The notes: generated by a model from the letters alone, not told the origin. A DNA stretch of 64,000 nucleotides from the human T2T-CHM13v2.0 reference genome, Homo sapiens (GCF_009914755.1 NC_060935.1); one strand, 5' to 3'; shown: positions 23,946-37,723, counted from the stretch's first letter. Translations and numbers: made by a program.

Positions 23946-24772
23946 TTAGTTTGTGAGAATGAAAAATGAACCTTCATTCCACTATTCCCTTAACTTGCCC
24001 TGAGATTGGCTGTTCTGTCATGTGTGTCTTGACTCAGAAACCCTGTTCTCCTCTACATATCTCCCCACCGCATCTCTTTCAGCAGTTGTTTCTAAAAATA
24101 TCCTCCTAGTTTCATTTTTGCAGAAGTGTTTTAGGCTAATATAGTGGAATGTATCTTAGAGTTTAACTTATTTGTTTCTGTCACTTTATACTAAGAAAAC
24201 TTATCTAAAAGCAGATGTTTTAACAAGTTGACTCAATATAAAGTTCTTCTTTGCCTCTAGAGATTTTTGTCTCCAAGGGAATTTTGAGAGGTTGGAATGG
24301 ACAAATCTATTGCTGCAGTTTAAACTTGCTTGCTTCCTCCTTCTTTTGGTAAATTCTTCCTATAATAAAACTCTAATTTTTTATTATATTGAAATAAATA
24401 TCCATTAAAAGAATATTTAAAAAATGAATAGTGTTTATTTACCAGTTATTGAAATAGGTTCTGGAAACATGAATTTTAAGGTTAACATTTTAATGACAGA
24501 TAAAATCAAATATTATATACAAATATTTTGAATGTTTAAAATTATGGTATGACTAAAGAAAGAATGCAAAGTGCAAAGTAGATTTACCATATTCAGCCAG
24601 ATTAAATTTAACGAAGTTCCTGGGAATATGCTAGTACAGAACATTTTTACAGATGTGTTCTTAAAAAAAAATGTGGAATTAGACCCAGGAATGAAGATCC
24701 CAGTAGTTTTTCACTCTTTTCTGAATTCAAATAATGCCACAATGGCAGACAAATACACACCCATGAGCATAT

Positions 24773-25049
24773 CCAAAAGGAAGGATTGAAGGAAAGAGGA
24801 GGAAGAAATGGAGAAAGGAAGGAAGGAAGAGGGGAAGAGAGAGGATGGAAGGGATGGAGGAGAAGAAGGAAAAATAAATAATGGAGAGGAGAGGAGAAAA
24901 AAGGAGGGGAGAGGAGAGGAGAAGGGATAGGGAAGAGAAAGAGAAAGGGAAGGGAAGAGAGGAAAGAAGAGAAGAGGAGAGAAAAGAAACGAAGAGAGGG
25001 GAAGGGAAGGAAAAAAAAGAGGAAAAAAGAGACAAGAGAAGAGATAAGA
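24773..25049. repeat. Polypurine/polypyrimidine tract (PYR element) ~1 kb upstream of HBD
   Basis: ~275 nt almost entirely A/G on the + strand; established Ikaros/PYR-complex region. Confidence 0.85.
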
Positions 25050-26320
25050 CTGACAGTTCAAATTTTGGTGGTGATATGGATCAATAGAAACTCAAACTCT
25101 GTTGGTGACACTGTACAATAGTATAACCCCTTTGGAAAACCTTTAATAGTATCCACAAATGCTGGATGCTTGATAAGTCTATTACCTAGCAATTACATTT
25201 TTAGATATTCAGAAACACATGCATGTGTGTATCCAAAGACATGTATAGAAATGCTTATGACAGCAATAATCATAAAAACCTCAAACCGGTAGCCACTTAA
25301 ATGCTTACCAACAGTAGAATTGATAAATTACGGTATAGTCAAAGAATAGAATATTACACAGAAATGAAAAGAATCAACTACTGCTTAACACGTAGCGATA
25401 CAAATGCATTTTACAGCATTTGGTTGATTAAAAGTAACCAGAGGTGAGTTCAAACTATATGACTTTATTTGTATATAGAAAGATGGATGATGTGCCTGAG
25501 ATTCTGATCACAAGGGGAAATGTTATAAAATAGGGTAGAGAGGAGCCATGAATGACCTTTAAACTTTGTTACAAGTTATTTTTCTGTAACCTGGAAGCCA
25601 ACGAAAGATATTGAATAATTCAAGAAAGGTGGTGGCATGGTTTGATTTGTGTCTTTAAAAGATTATTCTCACTTAGTGAAGAAATGTATTTTAGAAGTAG
25701 AGAAAATGGGAGACAAATAGCTGGGCTTCTGTTGCAGTAGGGAAGAAAGTGACAATGCCATTTCTATTATCAGACTTGGACCATGACGGTGATGTCAGTC
25801 GTGAACACAAGAATAGGGCCACATTTGTGAGTTTAGTGGTACGATAAAATCAGAAATACAGTCTTGGATACATTGTATTGTATGCACTCTTGTAAAATGC
25901 AAAAAGATGTACTTAGATATATGGATCTGGAGCTCAGAAAGAATACAACCAGGTCAAGAATACAGAATGGAACAGAACATACAAGAACAGATCATAATGT
26001 GCTGTGTGAATCACTACCACTACCTGTTAAAAATGACAGATGATGTACTTCATCAATATCTCCTTAAAATCTTAGAATGTGTTTGTGAGGGAGGAATTAT
26101 GTTTCCAATTCATATATAAGAAAATTGATTCTAAAAAAAATGTTAGGTAAATTCTTAAGGCCATGAGGACTGTTATTTGATCTTTGTCTGTTAATTCCAA
26201 AGACTTGGCTTTTCACTTTAATTCTGTTCTACCTGAAATGATTTTACACATTGGGAGATCTGGTTACATGTTTATTCTATATGGATTGCATTGAGAGGAT
26301 TTGTATAACAGAATAAGGTC

Positions 26321-26624
<304 letters not shown>

Positions 26625-27397
26625 TAAGGTCTAAAAGTGGAAAGAATAGCATCTACTCTTGTTCAGGAAACAATGAGGACCTGACTGGGCAGTAAGAGTG
26701 GTGATTAATAGATAGGGACAAATTGAAGCAGAATCGAACTGTTGATTAGAGGTAGGGAAATGATTTTAATCTGTGACCTTGGTGAATGGGCAAGTAGCTA
26801 TCTAATGACTAAAATGGAAAACACTGGAAGAGAAACAGTTTTAGTATAACAAGTGAAATACCCATGCTGAGTCTGAGGTGCCTATAGGACATCTATATAA
26901 ATAAGCCCAGTACATTGTTTGATATATGGGTTTGGCACTGAGGTTGGAGGTCAGAGGTTAGAAATCAGAGTTGGGAATTGGGATTATACAGGCTGTATTT
27001 AAGAGTTTAGATATAACTGTGAATCCAAGAGTGTGATGAATACAAAGTTAAATGAAGGACCTTTAATGAACACCAACATTTAATGTGAAATCTCAAGGAA
27101 GTATGAAGTAAGACATAGTCCCCAAAATCCCCGATGATTTTAGAACTCAGTATCGATTTTAATTAGTGTAATGCCAATGTGGGTTAGAATGGAAGTCAAC
27201 TTGCTGTTGGTTTCAGAGCAGGTAGGAGATAAGGTTCTAGATTTTGACACAGTGAAAAGCTGAAACAAAAAGGAAAAGGTAGGGTGAAAGATGGGAAATG
27301 TATGTAAGGAGGATGAGCCACATGGTATGGGAGGTATACTAAGGACTCTAGGGTCAGAGAAATATGGGTTATATCCTTCTACAAAATTCACATTCTT

Positions 27398-27699
<302 letters not shown>

Positions 27700-30600
27700 G
27701 TTCTTGCTAACCTGAAAAAATAAATTATTTGAGCTTTGTACCTAATTCATAATTTTCAGATAATGAATATTGAGATGATATATGCACAGAACAATGCCTA
27801 GAGACACATTCTAAGTGTGACATTCTTAAATGCCAGTGCTCTCCACAATTCTAATCTCAGTTCACTGCTGTTTGAATTCTGTGTTTTCATATTATCTTAT
27901 CAATACATTAATCATTGCAATAATCACTGCACACTGTAATTATTCATTTACTGGACACATCCTAGTTTCCTTCTGTCAATTACCATTCATGTCTGCTTTC
28001 ACATTTATTTCTCATCCTTCCCTCAGTGTTCTCTGTATTTGAGGAACTGACATTTCCCAGGTTTCCTCACCCTTTCAGTCGCATGTACATTCTGCAATGG
28101 TAAACACTGGCTGAGGGAAAGCATAAGCAAGATTATTTCTGGTCTCTCTCTCTCTCTGAACGGATCTCCTACAGCAGACAGTCTTTTTTATGGTTTTTTA
28201 TGGCTGATACTTTGATGCCCCCATTAGACAGTTCTGGCTCTCTCCAAGGAGCACCCACTAGCTCACTGAATCCAGTGGACCTCTGGTTATGGGCTCTGGT
28301 TCTGGACTCTGGTGGTATAAACATTTTCTCCTTCTGCCCTTCTAGGCCTAATGGCGGAAGAGGTTTTCTGATGTTACTAACATCTAGATTTCTGCACTGT
28401 CCTTTATTTGATATTTTAGCTCTTCCAATACAAGGATAATTAACTATTAAGAGCTGTATTTAATTCTAGGTTGAGTAACTGATAATGGTTTGTCCTTTCC
28501 TTGATGGACCCTAACTGATATAACTAATAAACTGACTTCTGATACTATGTCTTATTAGTGTATGAAATTCTGATGTGAATAAATGCATGACACATGCTTG
28601 TTGACTAATCAAACTATAGCAGAGGCAGAGGAAGGAACCTCATGACCTATAAATACTAAGATATCACATAGTCATTTTAGAACCAAAGGTTCCTCAGTTT
28701 AGGTCTCAAACAAACTTCTCTATGGATAGTGTAATACTCATAATGTAGAAAAGAGAGATCTAATTTTGGATAATTTAATCTTTTTTTTCATCTCCAAATA
28801 CTAGGGAAATAAGAGTTTACAAGACAATGTCTCTACCATAAAAGAGGTTAAAATTTAGTGGTAGGAATATACAATGAGCAGATTAAGTACATTAGTAGGA
28901 AAAACACTAAATATTATAAGAAAGAGCCCATAATTGTAGCAGAGTTTATAGACAGGGCTTTAAGCCCAGTTAAAATTAAAAAAAAATAGCTTCTTAGTTG
29001 AGATAACATATAAGTTAGGACTTAAAGTATGAGTACAAGATAGACAAGGCAAAATGAGGGAAAGACATCACCCAGAGTAAATGAACAGCATGTACAAAGC
29101 TAACAGAGTCAAATGCAGAAATCCAAATTCTCTAGATTGACTGGGGTAATTTTGTCAATGCACTCAAGTATGCATCTGTAACAGTGTGTGTTCTTATGTG
29201 TGCATGGAATGTTTGTTCATGGAGCATAAGAAATTGTGTAGACATATAGACACATCTGTATGTGTATATCAGAGAATGTTTACATTGCTACAAGATTTTA
29301 TATGACTACATGCACAAGCATTCATGCTACATGTCAGTTTGGTATATTTTTCCTGTAAGATGTGTACTTATGTGTTTTCCACTAAAGGTGAATGTGAAAA
29401 CTCCTCATCGAGAAATGAACAATAAGTAACACAGGAAATTCAACCCTCATCTCTTCATTTAAAATACAGAGTGACATTCAGAAGGGCAAGGGATAGCACA
29501 AGTGTGAGATTTTAAAGTGTGATTGTTTGGACACAGTAATTATTCAAAGAATGTGCTTAATTAATGTATGCTACAAGACAGCAGTTGAGTGATTATTGTA
29601 CATGAGCAACTGGTATTTATTCTGCTTTGTGGGTTATTAGTGGGGACTCAAAAATATGACAAAGGAATTTCAGAAGCTGTTAGATGGTAGCACCGCCTAT
29701 CTATGTGCTCCCACTCAAGAGATATGGTGAGGTGAGCTCTTTGGGGTGGACACATAGAGGAAATACTTTGAGAAAGAGGTTTTGGGATTAATGAAACTGG
29801 AGAAGAAAGGGTATTATATCTTCTAAAACCTCTTTCTTTGAGGTTTTAGGTTTGAGGGTGCTACATACTTCCTAAGGGTCTTGGGTACAGGAGTTTGAAG
29901 TGATTGCCACAGAATGGCTACGTTCATTGCCAGATCCAAACAGGGGGCTTGTAGGCATTTGCTGTTCTGTCAATAAATTTCCTTCTTTTCATTCACAGAC
30001 AGGGATTTTAGCTGTCATCTCTGACTCTCTGTTTCACAATGTTTTCCAGTTCTGTGCAATCACTGCCACAATGGTCTCTTACTCGATTTTTTTTCTTAAC
30101 TTCATTGTTTCCATCAACTTCAGTTCTTTATCCATCACCTCAATATAATTACAGCAAGCTCCTCTGACTATACCCAAGTTAGACTTTGTCTAATCAGTTC
30201 TATATATATATATACATGTGAATCAATTTTCTACGTTTCCCTATTTATTATGTCACTCTCATATGCAAGAAACTTCAGTGATTTTTGCTCAAAACGATAG
30301 CTATTTTTCTTACTTCATCTGGTCTCTGCATCCAGTTTCCCTAATTTTATATCATCCTGCCTCTTTTAAATGTCCATATTCTCCTCTATCAACTTGACTT
30401 AACGTGCTGTTTCCTAAATCTCAGCCTTTTAATCTGCTGTTTGCTCACATAAACAAAAATCAGTGGTTTTCAATATTGATTGCTAATAATTTTTTATTCA
30501 TAAAAATTGTATATATTTATGAATGCACACATGTGTGTGTATATATATAGAAAGAGAATAAAATCACTACCACTAAAAACAATAAAACTTGTACATATTT

Positions 30601-31492
30601 ATAGAAACAGAGAGCTGAACAAAGAGATTTATTATTTATTGGGTAGTGTGATAAAGACTTTACAGGTATCAATTCAATTAGTTCTTACAAAAATCCTTTA
30701 AGGAAAATACATATGATAAATCTATCATATGCACAGCTTAATGGAATTATAAATATGTTTCAGGTCACAGAGGTAGCAGATGAAGTACAGATGAAAACCA
30801 AGACAGCCAGTTCACATGCCTTAGAGATAATTCTCTATTAATACCATTGAAGACGTTAAGAGAAAGTTCAAGGTTTGGCCCTTGATTGGTCTCTAGGAAG
30901 CCCCATCCCCACTTCATTATAAATCATAAAAAATATGTTGTTTAAAATAAGTAGAAGTGAACTGCAGTCACCAAATGAGCTATATCCTGAGTTTCATACA
31001 AATAATAGCCTATACAGAACTTCTAATTTGAGTCCTAACATACCTCTACACACTACCAACAATCCTCTTACACCTCCAAAGAGTACCTCCATTGACCTCC
31101 CTTTCTGTAAAAACATTGTCTTATTCTAGAGACGATTTCCCCTTCCTAGGAGTAACTACCCCACTAAATCCACCCACGAGTTCTCTCTTTTCTTGCAGGA
31201 TTGCAAGAAAGTATCTTCTCTGTCCTTAAACTCCCATTCTCCAACATTCTCATTTCCATCAGAAATAGTGCGTCCTTTTGGCTGAATCAGGGTAAAATAT
31301 AAAGACAGAAAAAGAGTACAATGATATTTCTTAGAGAGCATATTTCTTTATTCTATTTTTATCATGCAGGAACTGAATCAGCAGGCAGGATACTGCTCTT
31401 CTCCCCAACCTCCCCCATCTAAAGGAGATGAGATTTTGGGACATAGGTACAAACATAGTGGACCATAGGTACAAACATAGTGGACAGGGAAC

Positions 31493-32909
31493 TCAGTGGT
31501 CTTGTGGGCTACAGCATTAACCACAGCATTTGTTAGTTACTGCCAAGAAGCCTGTATCTGTAGGGTAAAATCCTCGCTGAAGTGGGTTGCCAAAACAATC
31601 AATATCACGTTGCCTAAGAGCTGGGGAGGGAGTGAAGATAAAAAAGAAAATGGTACATAGTGAATAGAAGGCCTCAAGCTGGACTTGCAGTAAATAGATA
31701 TAACACTTACATCCTTTTTGACCAGAGTTTGAGCAACTCTCACCATTATGGGCTAGATATCAGCTTCAATATGACTGGCAGCCCTGCACCTCCCATTGTG
31801 TCCTATCCTTCTCTTACTTGCTATGTCAACTCACTACCCCAACATATTGTGATTGTTTCATTTTTTTTTTAGAGACTTCGTCCTTTTAAAAAGTAGGATA
31901 ATAGTACTTCAAGGAACAGTAATGGATAGGATAAGTCCCCAGTCATCACATACATACATACATACATACAATTTTCCCAAACACTCATAACAAAGAATCC
32001 TGTACCATGCGTACAAAAGTATACCATCATCATTCGGAGGGAAACAATCCTCTTTTTAACAGCTTCCCACTACTTTGTTCAGTTGATCTTTTTCTAACCT
32101 CCAGGACTATGCAGAAAAGTGACTATTAATTTTTATAGAAAATTTCGCTGACCAAAGGAAAGATGTTATTTTCTCTATCTCAACTTCTGTTCCCTCATCC
32201 AAAAACACTCAGTTTGATTTTGGCCAGAATTTTTTATAAGATGTGTTTTTCAGAGCTATCAAATGGTAAGTGGCCTTCCATTATGCATAGTCCTTGCTCT
32301 ACCAAATTTTAGTTATGTTATTTACAGCAACATAACTCTCAAAATCCCACTGCTGAAATATCATATCCCATAGCTGACTCATAACACAAGAGAAAGCCAC
32401 CTCTGCTTTCAAAAGTACCCATAGTGCAAATATCTAAGGGTAAAGAAGAAAGCGTGAGTGTACTTACTACTCACCAGGAAGTTCTCAGGGTCCACGTGCA
32501 GCTTGTTACAGTGCAGGTCACTCAGTGTAGCAAAGGTGCCTTTGAGGTCATCCGTGAGCATAACAGCTTTTCCGAAGGAGATCAGCACCTTCTTGCCATG
32601 TGCCTTGACTTTGGGGTTGCCCATTATTGCACAGTCAGAGCCCAGATATCCAAAACTTTCAAAGTACCTCTAGGTCCATGGGTAGACAACCAGGAGACTG
32701 TGGGATAGTCATAATCACAGAGCAGGTGCAAAGTCAGACTATGTAAGACAACGGGCTAATCCCTCTTTCAGAAACACTTTCTGCCTTTCTGCACCTTGTC
32801 CCGGCTTCCAGTACCTACCTGCCCAGAATCTCACCTCCAGCCTTCTCACCTTAACCTTGCTTCACAGGCTGGTGGCAGCAGCCTTCTTGTCAGCAGTGAA
32901 ATGCACTAC
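31493..32909 (-). pseudogene. HBBP1: Psi-beta (psi-eta) globin pseudogene; exons 32909-32819, 32697-32475, 31620-31493
   Basis: Start ATG>GTA; TGA at codon 15 (32862-32864); 1-nt deletion in exon 1 (91 nt); TAG at codon 39 (32670-32672); TAA at codon 132 (31537-31539); 1-nt deletion near codon 145; all four splice sites still GT/AG. Confidence 0.97.
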
Positions 32910-33477
32910 AGTGTCAGATCTGGGAGTTTCCTGGTGATCACAGATGAGCCAGAAGCATGCCTGCATTGCTGCTTCATGTGTGGCTTTTTACTTCTCCTCT
33001 CTGGCCCCCAGCCCTTTGCCTCTCCCAGTGAAATGAATCTATTGACCAGCCCTTTGCCTCCCTCAGTGAAATGAATCTATTGGTCAAGGGTGGGTTGTGA
33101 CTCCAGGGGTGGGGTTTGGGCAAGGAAGTTTTGCAAGATGGACATTCGAGTTTCTGATAGAATCCAGGTGGCCTTCTCAGGGGAACTTTGCTGTTCAGGC
33201 TTAATTTGAAACTTTACTTCCTTCCCCTCCATTTTCCTACACTAACCCCACCATCCAGTGTGCAGTTTATTTCTCAAGGACTTCGCCAGCAGCCGCTAAT
33301 AACCTGAATGCTGACAAATAGGAATAAGTTACAACTGAAAAGGATAAGAATTACGAATATCTTAGCCATCAATTCCTGGATCAGGAGTTGTGACAATGTA
33401 ACAACGTGTTATCCTGTTATTCATCCAGGCTTTATGTGGAAGAAGCCACAGCCTTTCTTGGTTTTCAATTCTCTTGA

Positions 33478-33832
<355 letters not shown>

Positions 33833-33919
33833 AATTTCATCACTTTTTAGAATAGAAATAAACACCTCTATCCAGCATCAACTTGGAAGAAAGCAGAATA
33901 AGAAACAAACTAGGGAAGT

Positions 33920-34915
33920 AAGGGGAAAACTGGGTTTTATTACTGTGTTTTTTAATCCATTTAGTAGTCAGTGTACTTATCTGAACAAAGGAGATTTCCT
34001 CTGAATCATTGAACAATAGTCCATGTCAAATCCTACATATCTACAAAATTATGCCAGAACATCTAATAGTGTTGGGGGAGAAGTGTGCTGCTCTGTTCAA
34101 GCAAGAGGATAGGAGATTCCGTGGCCCGTGCTGGGCATTAGGTCATTTGTGTCTGGCACAGGCTTGATCTATAGTCTAATGCTGTGTTTAACTTGTCTTT
34201 ATATCTAATCAGGCAAAGACATTCTTCACTGACAATATTCCACAGGCTGCTGCACGTGTCTCATGTGCTGCACGTCTCATGCGTCTCAAACAAGCAATTT
34301 CAGGAATAGACAGGGCACACTTCCACCGGCAGAGAGAAGAACAGTTTATTTTATATTCTTAAGGCTTACTGTCCTCATACTTAGAGGTTCAGGATGCTGG
34401 TTTGTGTGTTACCCCTGAGATAAATCCTTACAAGAAATAAAGTTTAGGAAATCACCCCCATGTGTATTTCAAGGAGACTCTAAATTTCAAAGAGTTAAAC
34501 CCAATATATTAAAGCTGAATTTCTGATATTAGAGACACAATATTTTAGTCTACTTGATATAGTTGAGAGGCAGTTACCTGTTTTACTTAGGAACATGGGG
34601 AAAGTTTGTAGTGACAAACAGTTTGAGGCAAAACCAAGATTATCTTTAAGAGCAGAGATCGATGATATGAAGAAAAAGAAGTGGCAACTTTGACTATATG
34701 CAGGAAACACATTTATATTGAGTTGTGGGGACTGGCCTCAGAGGAAACTTCAGGTCATGTCCTTTAATGGCCCTAAAACTCATTCCCAAAAGAATTTCTG
34801 TTCATTGCCATACCTCATATCCTTAGGTACATACATCTAAAACCCTGCGTACCAGTGAACAGCTGCCCCATCTTTCCATCAGCCAACCAGGAATTCAGCA
34901 GTTACTGCTAACTTC
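33920..34915 (-). ncRNA. BGLT3: BGLT3 lncRNA (approximate limits)
   Basis: Position ~2.7-3.7 kb downstream of HBG1 is from recall; supported by AATAAA at 33936-33941 (minus) and the tandem HIF sites inside it. Confidence 0.7.
34253..34275. promoter_or_regulatory. Tandem hypoxia-response elements (ACGTG x2, 13 bp apart)
   Basis: cacgt at 34253-34257 and 34271-34275; fits the reported HIF1-bound elements in BGLT3 that activate gamma-globin. Confidence 0.8.
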
Positions 34916-35339
34916 CACTTTTCTCTCACCCGCTCCAGGAAAAGTGACCTGCAGTCACTTTCCTGGAAGTATTGATTCTTTCTTGTTTGTGGCTGTTCCC
35001 CATTTCCAATTGTTTTCCATGATTATTGCTTCTACTGTGATCTATAGACTCTTATATCATCAATACCAGGTTATCATTGCAGTTGTCAACTTCTCCCTGT
35101 TGCATCTTATGCATTAATTCAACAAATACATATTAGATTCCATATGTCATCCATGAAGTTTCATTCATATGCCATCCATTTTTCTTAATTCTGAGAATCT
35201 TACATGAACTAGACAGACAGATTCTCTGGCTAATGGTGCCCTCACTATAGTGAGCAGAGGAGACCAGCATACATACTAAAAGAAATGAATTAATAAGAGA
35301 TTTCAGATGGTATTATATGACTTGAAGAAACTGCATATT

Positions 35340-35900
35340 GTACCTACAACCATCTGGTCTTTTAGAAACCTGACAAAAGCAAGCAATGGGGAAAGGATTT
35401 TCAATTTAATAAATGATGGGGGAGAACTGGCTAGCCATATGCTGAAAAATGAAACTGGACTCCTTCCTTATACCTTATCCAAAATTAACTCCAGATGGAT
35501 TAGAGACTTAAATGAAAAACCCCAAACTATAAAAAGCCTAGAAAAAAATCAAGGCAATACTATTCATGATATAAACACGGGCACAGATTTCATGATGAAA
35601 GCGTGAAAAGCAATTGCAGCAAAAGCAAAAATTGACCAATGGAATCTAATTAAACTAAAGAGCTCCTGCTCAGCAAAAGAAACTACCATCAGAGCGAAAG
35701 ACAATCTACAGAATGGGAAAAAGATTTTCCAATCTATTCTTCTGACAAAGGCCTAATATCCAGAGTAAACAAGAAACTTAAACAACTTTACAAGAAAAAA
35801 AAAACCCATTAAAACCATGGCACACTTTTACCTATAAAACAAACCTGCATATCCTGTACGTGTACCCCTGAATTTAAGGTAACAGTAAATTAAATTAAAA
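35340..35900 (+). mobile_element. 5'-truncated, internally deleted L1P (3' flank of the gamma pair)
   Basis: ORF2 C-terminal sequence ([11 protein letters not shown] in ORF 35307-35606) joined at ~35812 to the terminal 3'UTR. Confidence 0.85.
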
Positions 35901-36093
35901 GAAAAATGCCATGGCAATGTCAGAAAGTTACCCTATATGGCCTAAAAAGAGAAGGCATAAATAATCCAAAACTTGTTTAACATATCATCAAGAAATAACC
36001 ATAAAAGGAACAACCAGCGGCCCTCGGGGCTGCTCTGCCTATGCAGTAGTCATTCGTTTATTTCTTTACTCTCTCAAGAAATTTGCTTTGACT
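35901..36093 (+). mobile_element. MER41-like ERV LTR 3' fragment followed by an A-rich tail
   Basis: gaaagttaccctatatggcctaaaaag...caagaaataaccataaaa...gccctcggggctgctctg...ttgctttgactt resembles the recalled MER41 U3/R consensus. Confidence 0.7.
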
Positions 36094-36499
36094 TAAAAAA
36101 AACAAAAAACAAAAAAGAAAGAAAGTGCATATTCTGAAACGGTAGTGACTGCATTTGAAGTGGGACCTTTATGATATGATGGAGCCAGGCAGAGATGTTG
36201 GAGAAGTTCCTGAAAGAAGGAAGGGCATGTGCCAAATTCTGAGGCTGAGGAGAAAAAAGAAAGAAAGAAAAAAAGAATAAAGAACTTTACATTTCACTGT
36301 ATGTAAAGACATTACAAGGCTAGAGTAAAGCATGTTGAAGTAAAAATAGGAGAAATCAAAGTTAGAGAGAAGGGCGCAGGCTTATTATTTGGGTCTTATA
36401 GATGAGAGTAGTAGAGTAGGTATTTTATACTGAAACATAGGGGACGAGGGGAGCTTTGCAAACCTGAGATAAACATGGTCTGTAGTCCACTCAAAACCC

Positions 36500-37258
36500 A
36501 AGCTTATTTTTTTCTCCTTCTTCATCTGCCTTACTCAGTGCAAGGTGCTATAACAAAATACAAAAGACTGGGTGGCTTCAACAACAGAGTTTTTTCTCAC
36601 ATTTCTGAAGGCTGACTCGTGGTCAGGGTTCTCTTCCTGGATTGCAGATGGCGGACTTCTCACTGTGTCCTCACCGGGAGGAAAGAGAAATGGCTTGTCT
36701 CTCTGCTTCTGATAAGGAAAATAATTTTATGATGGGGATCTGCTCTTATGAGCTCATCTAAACCTAATTACTTTTCAAAAGCCTCCCCCACAGATAAGGT
36801 CAGTTGGGAGTTGGGGATTCAGCATGTGAATTTTGAGGAGACACAAACATTAGGTCCGTAACACCATCATATTAAACTCTTACTTATAGAGATGCACTAA
36901 CATCCAACTATACAAAAATTCCATTAAGTAAGCCTTCCAATTAATGTTGTACAAATTCTTCCCACTACATTTTGATCTCACAGTGCTGGTCTGTTTCTCA
37001 GACATAACATGCTCATGCTGACTTGTGAGCCTCTGCTGATTCATTTCTTACACCTAAGTCCCCACCTCCCCCAGAGTCTTACAATGAGGTCTCTCCCTTG
37101 AAATGCTGTGACCAATCTGCACACTTGAGGGCATGGGATTAATTTCACTTTCTTAGGCATCCACAAGGGCTGTGAAAAGCTAAGTGCCATTAGAAATAGT
37201 ATTCCTCCTAATAAAATAGAATTGCTACACCTGACTAAACCTTGAATTCCTAAAGCTT
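36500..37258. promoter_or_regulatory. A-gamma 3' enhancer/element (~750-bp fragment)
   Basis: HindIII sites at 36500 and 37253, 0.4-1.15 kb past the HBG1 polyA site, matching the established location. Confidence 0.6.
36527..36863. mobile_element. MLT1-type MaLR solo LTR
   Basis: TG...CA termini; MLT1 motifs tgctataacaaaata...gactgggtggctt and gagacacaaacatt; 5-bp TSD tcatc/ccatc. Confidence 0.75.
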
Positions 37259-37723
37259 GGAACACTTTCCCTTCATTAAGAACCATCCTTGCTACTCAGC
37301 TGCAATCAATCCAGCCCCCAGGTCTTCACTGAACCTTTTCCCATCTCTTCCAAAACATCTGTTTCTGAGAAGTCCTGTCCTATAGAGGTCTTTCTTCCCA
37401 CCGGATTTCTCCTACACCATTTACTCCCACTTGCAGAACTCCCGTGTACAAGTGTCTTTACTGCTTTTATTTGCTCATCAAAATGCACATCTCATATAAA
37501 AATAAATGAGGAGCATGCACACACCACAAACACAAACAGGCATGCAGAAATACACATACACACTTCCCTCAATATAAACCCTTTGTGGCTCATATATTTA
37601 AAAAGATGTAAAAAAAAGAGCTGAAGAAAATCATGTGTGATCTCTCAGCAGAATAGATTTATTATTTGTATTGCTTGCAGAATAAAGCCTATCCTTGAAA
37701 GCTCTGAATCATGGGCAAGAGGC

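Noticed and set aside
24711-25087. F/S/L/P-rich and E/R/K-rich ORFs
   Set aside because: By-products of the stop-poor polypurine tract.
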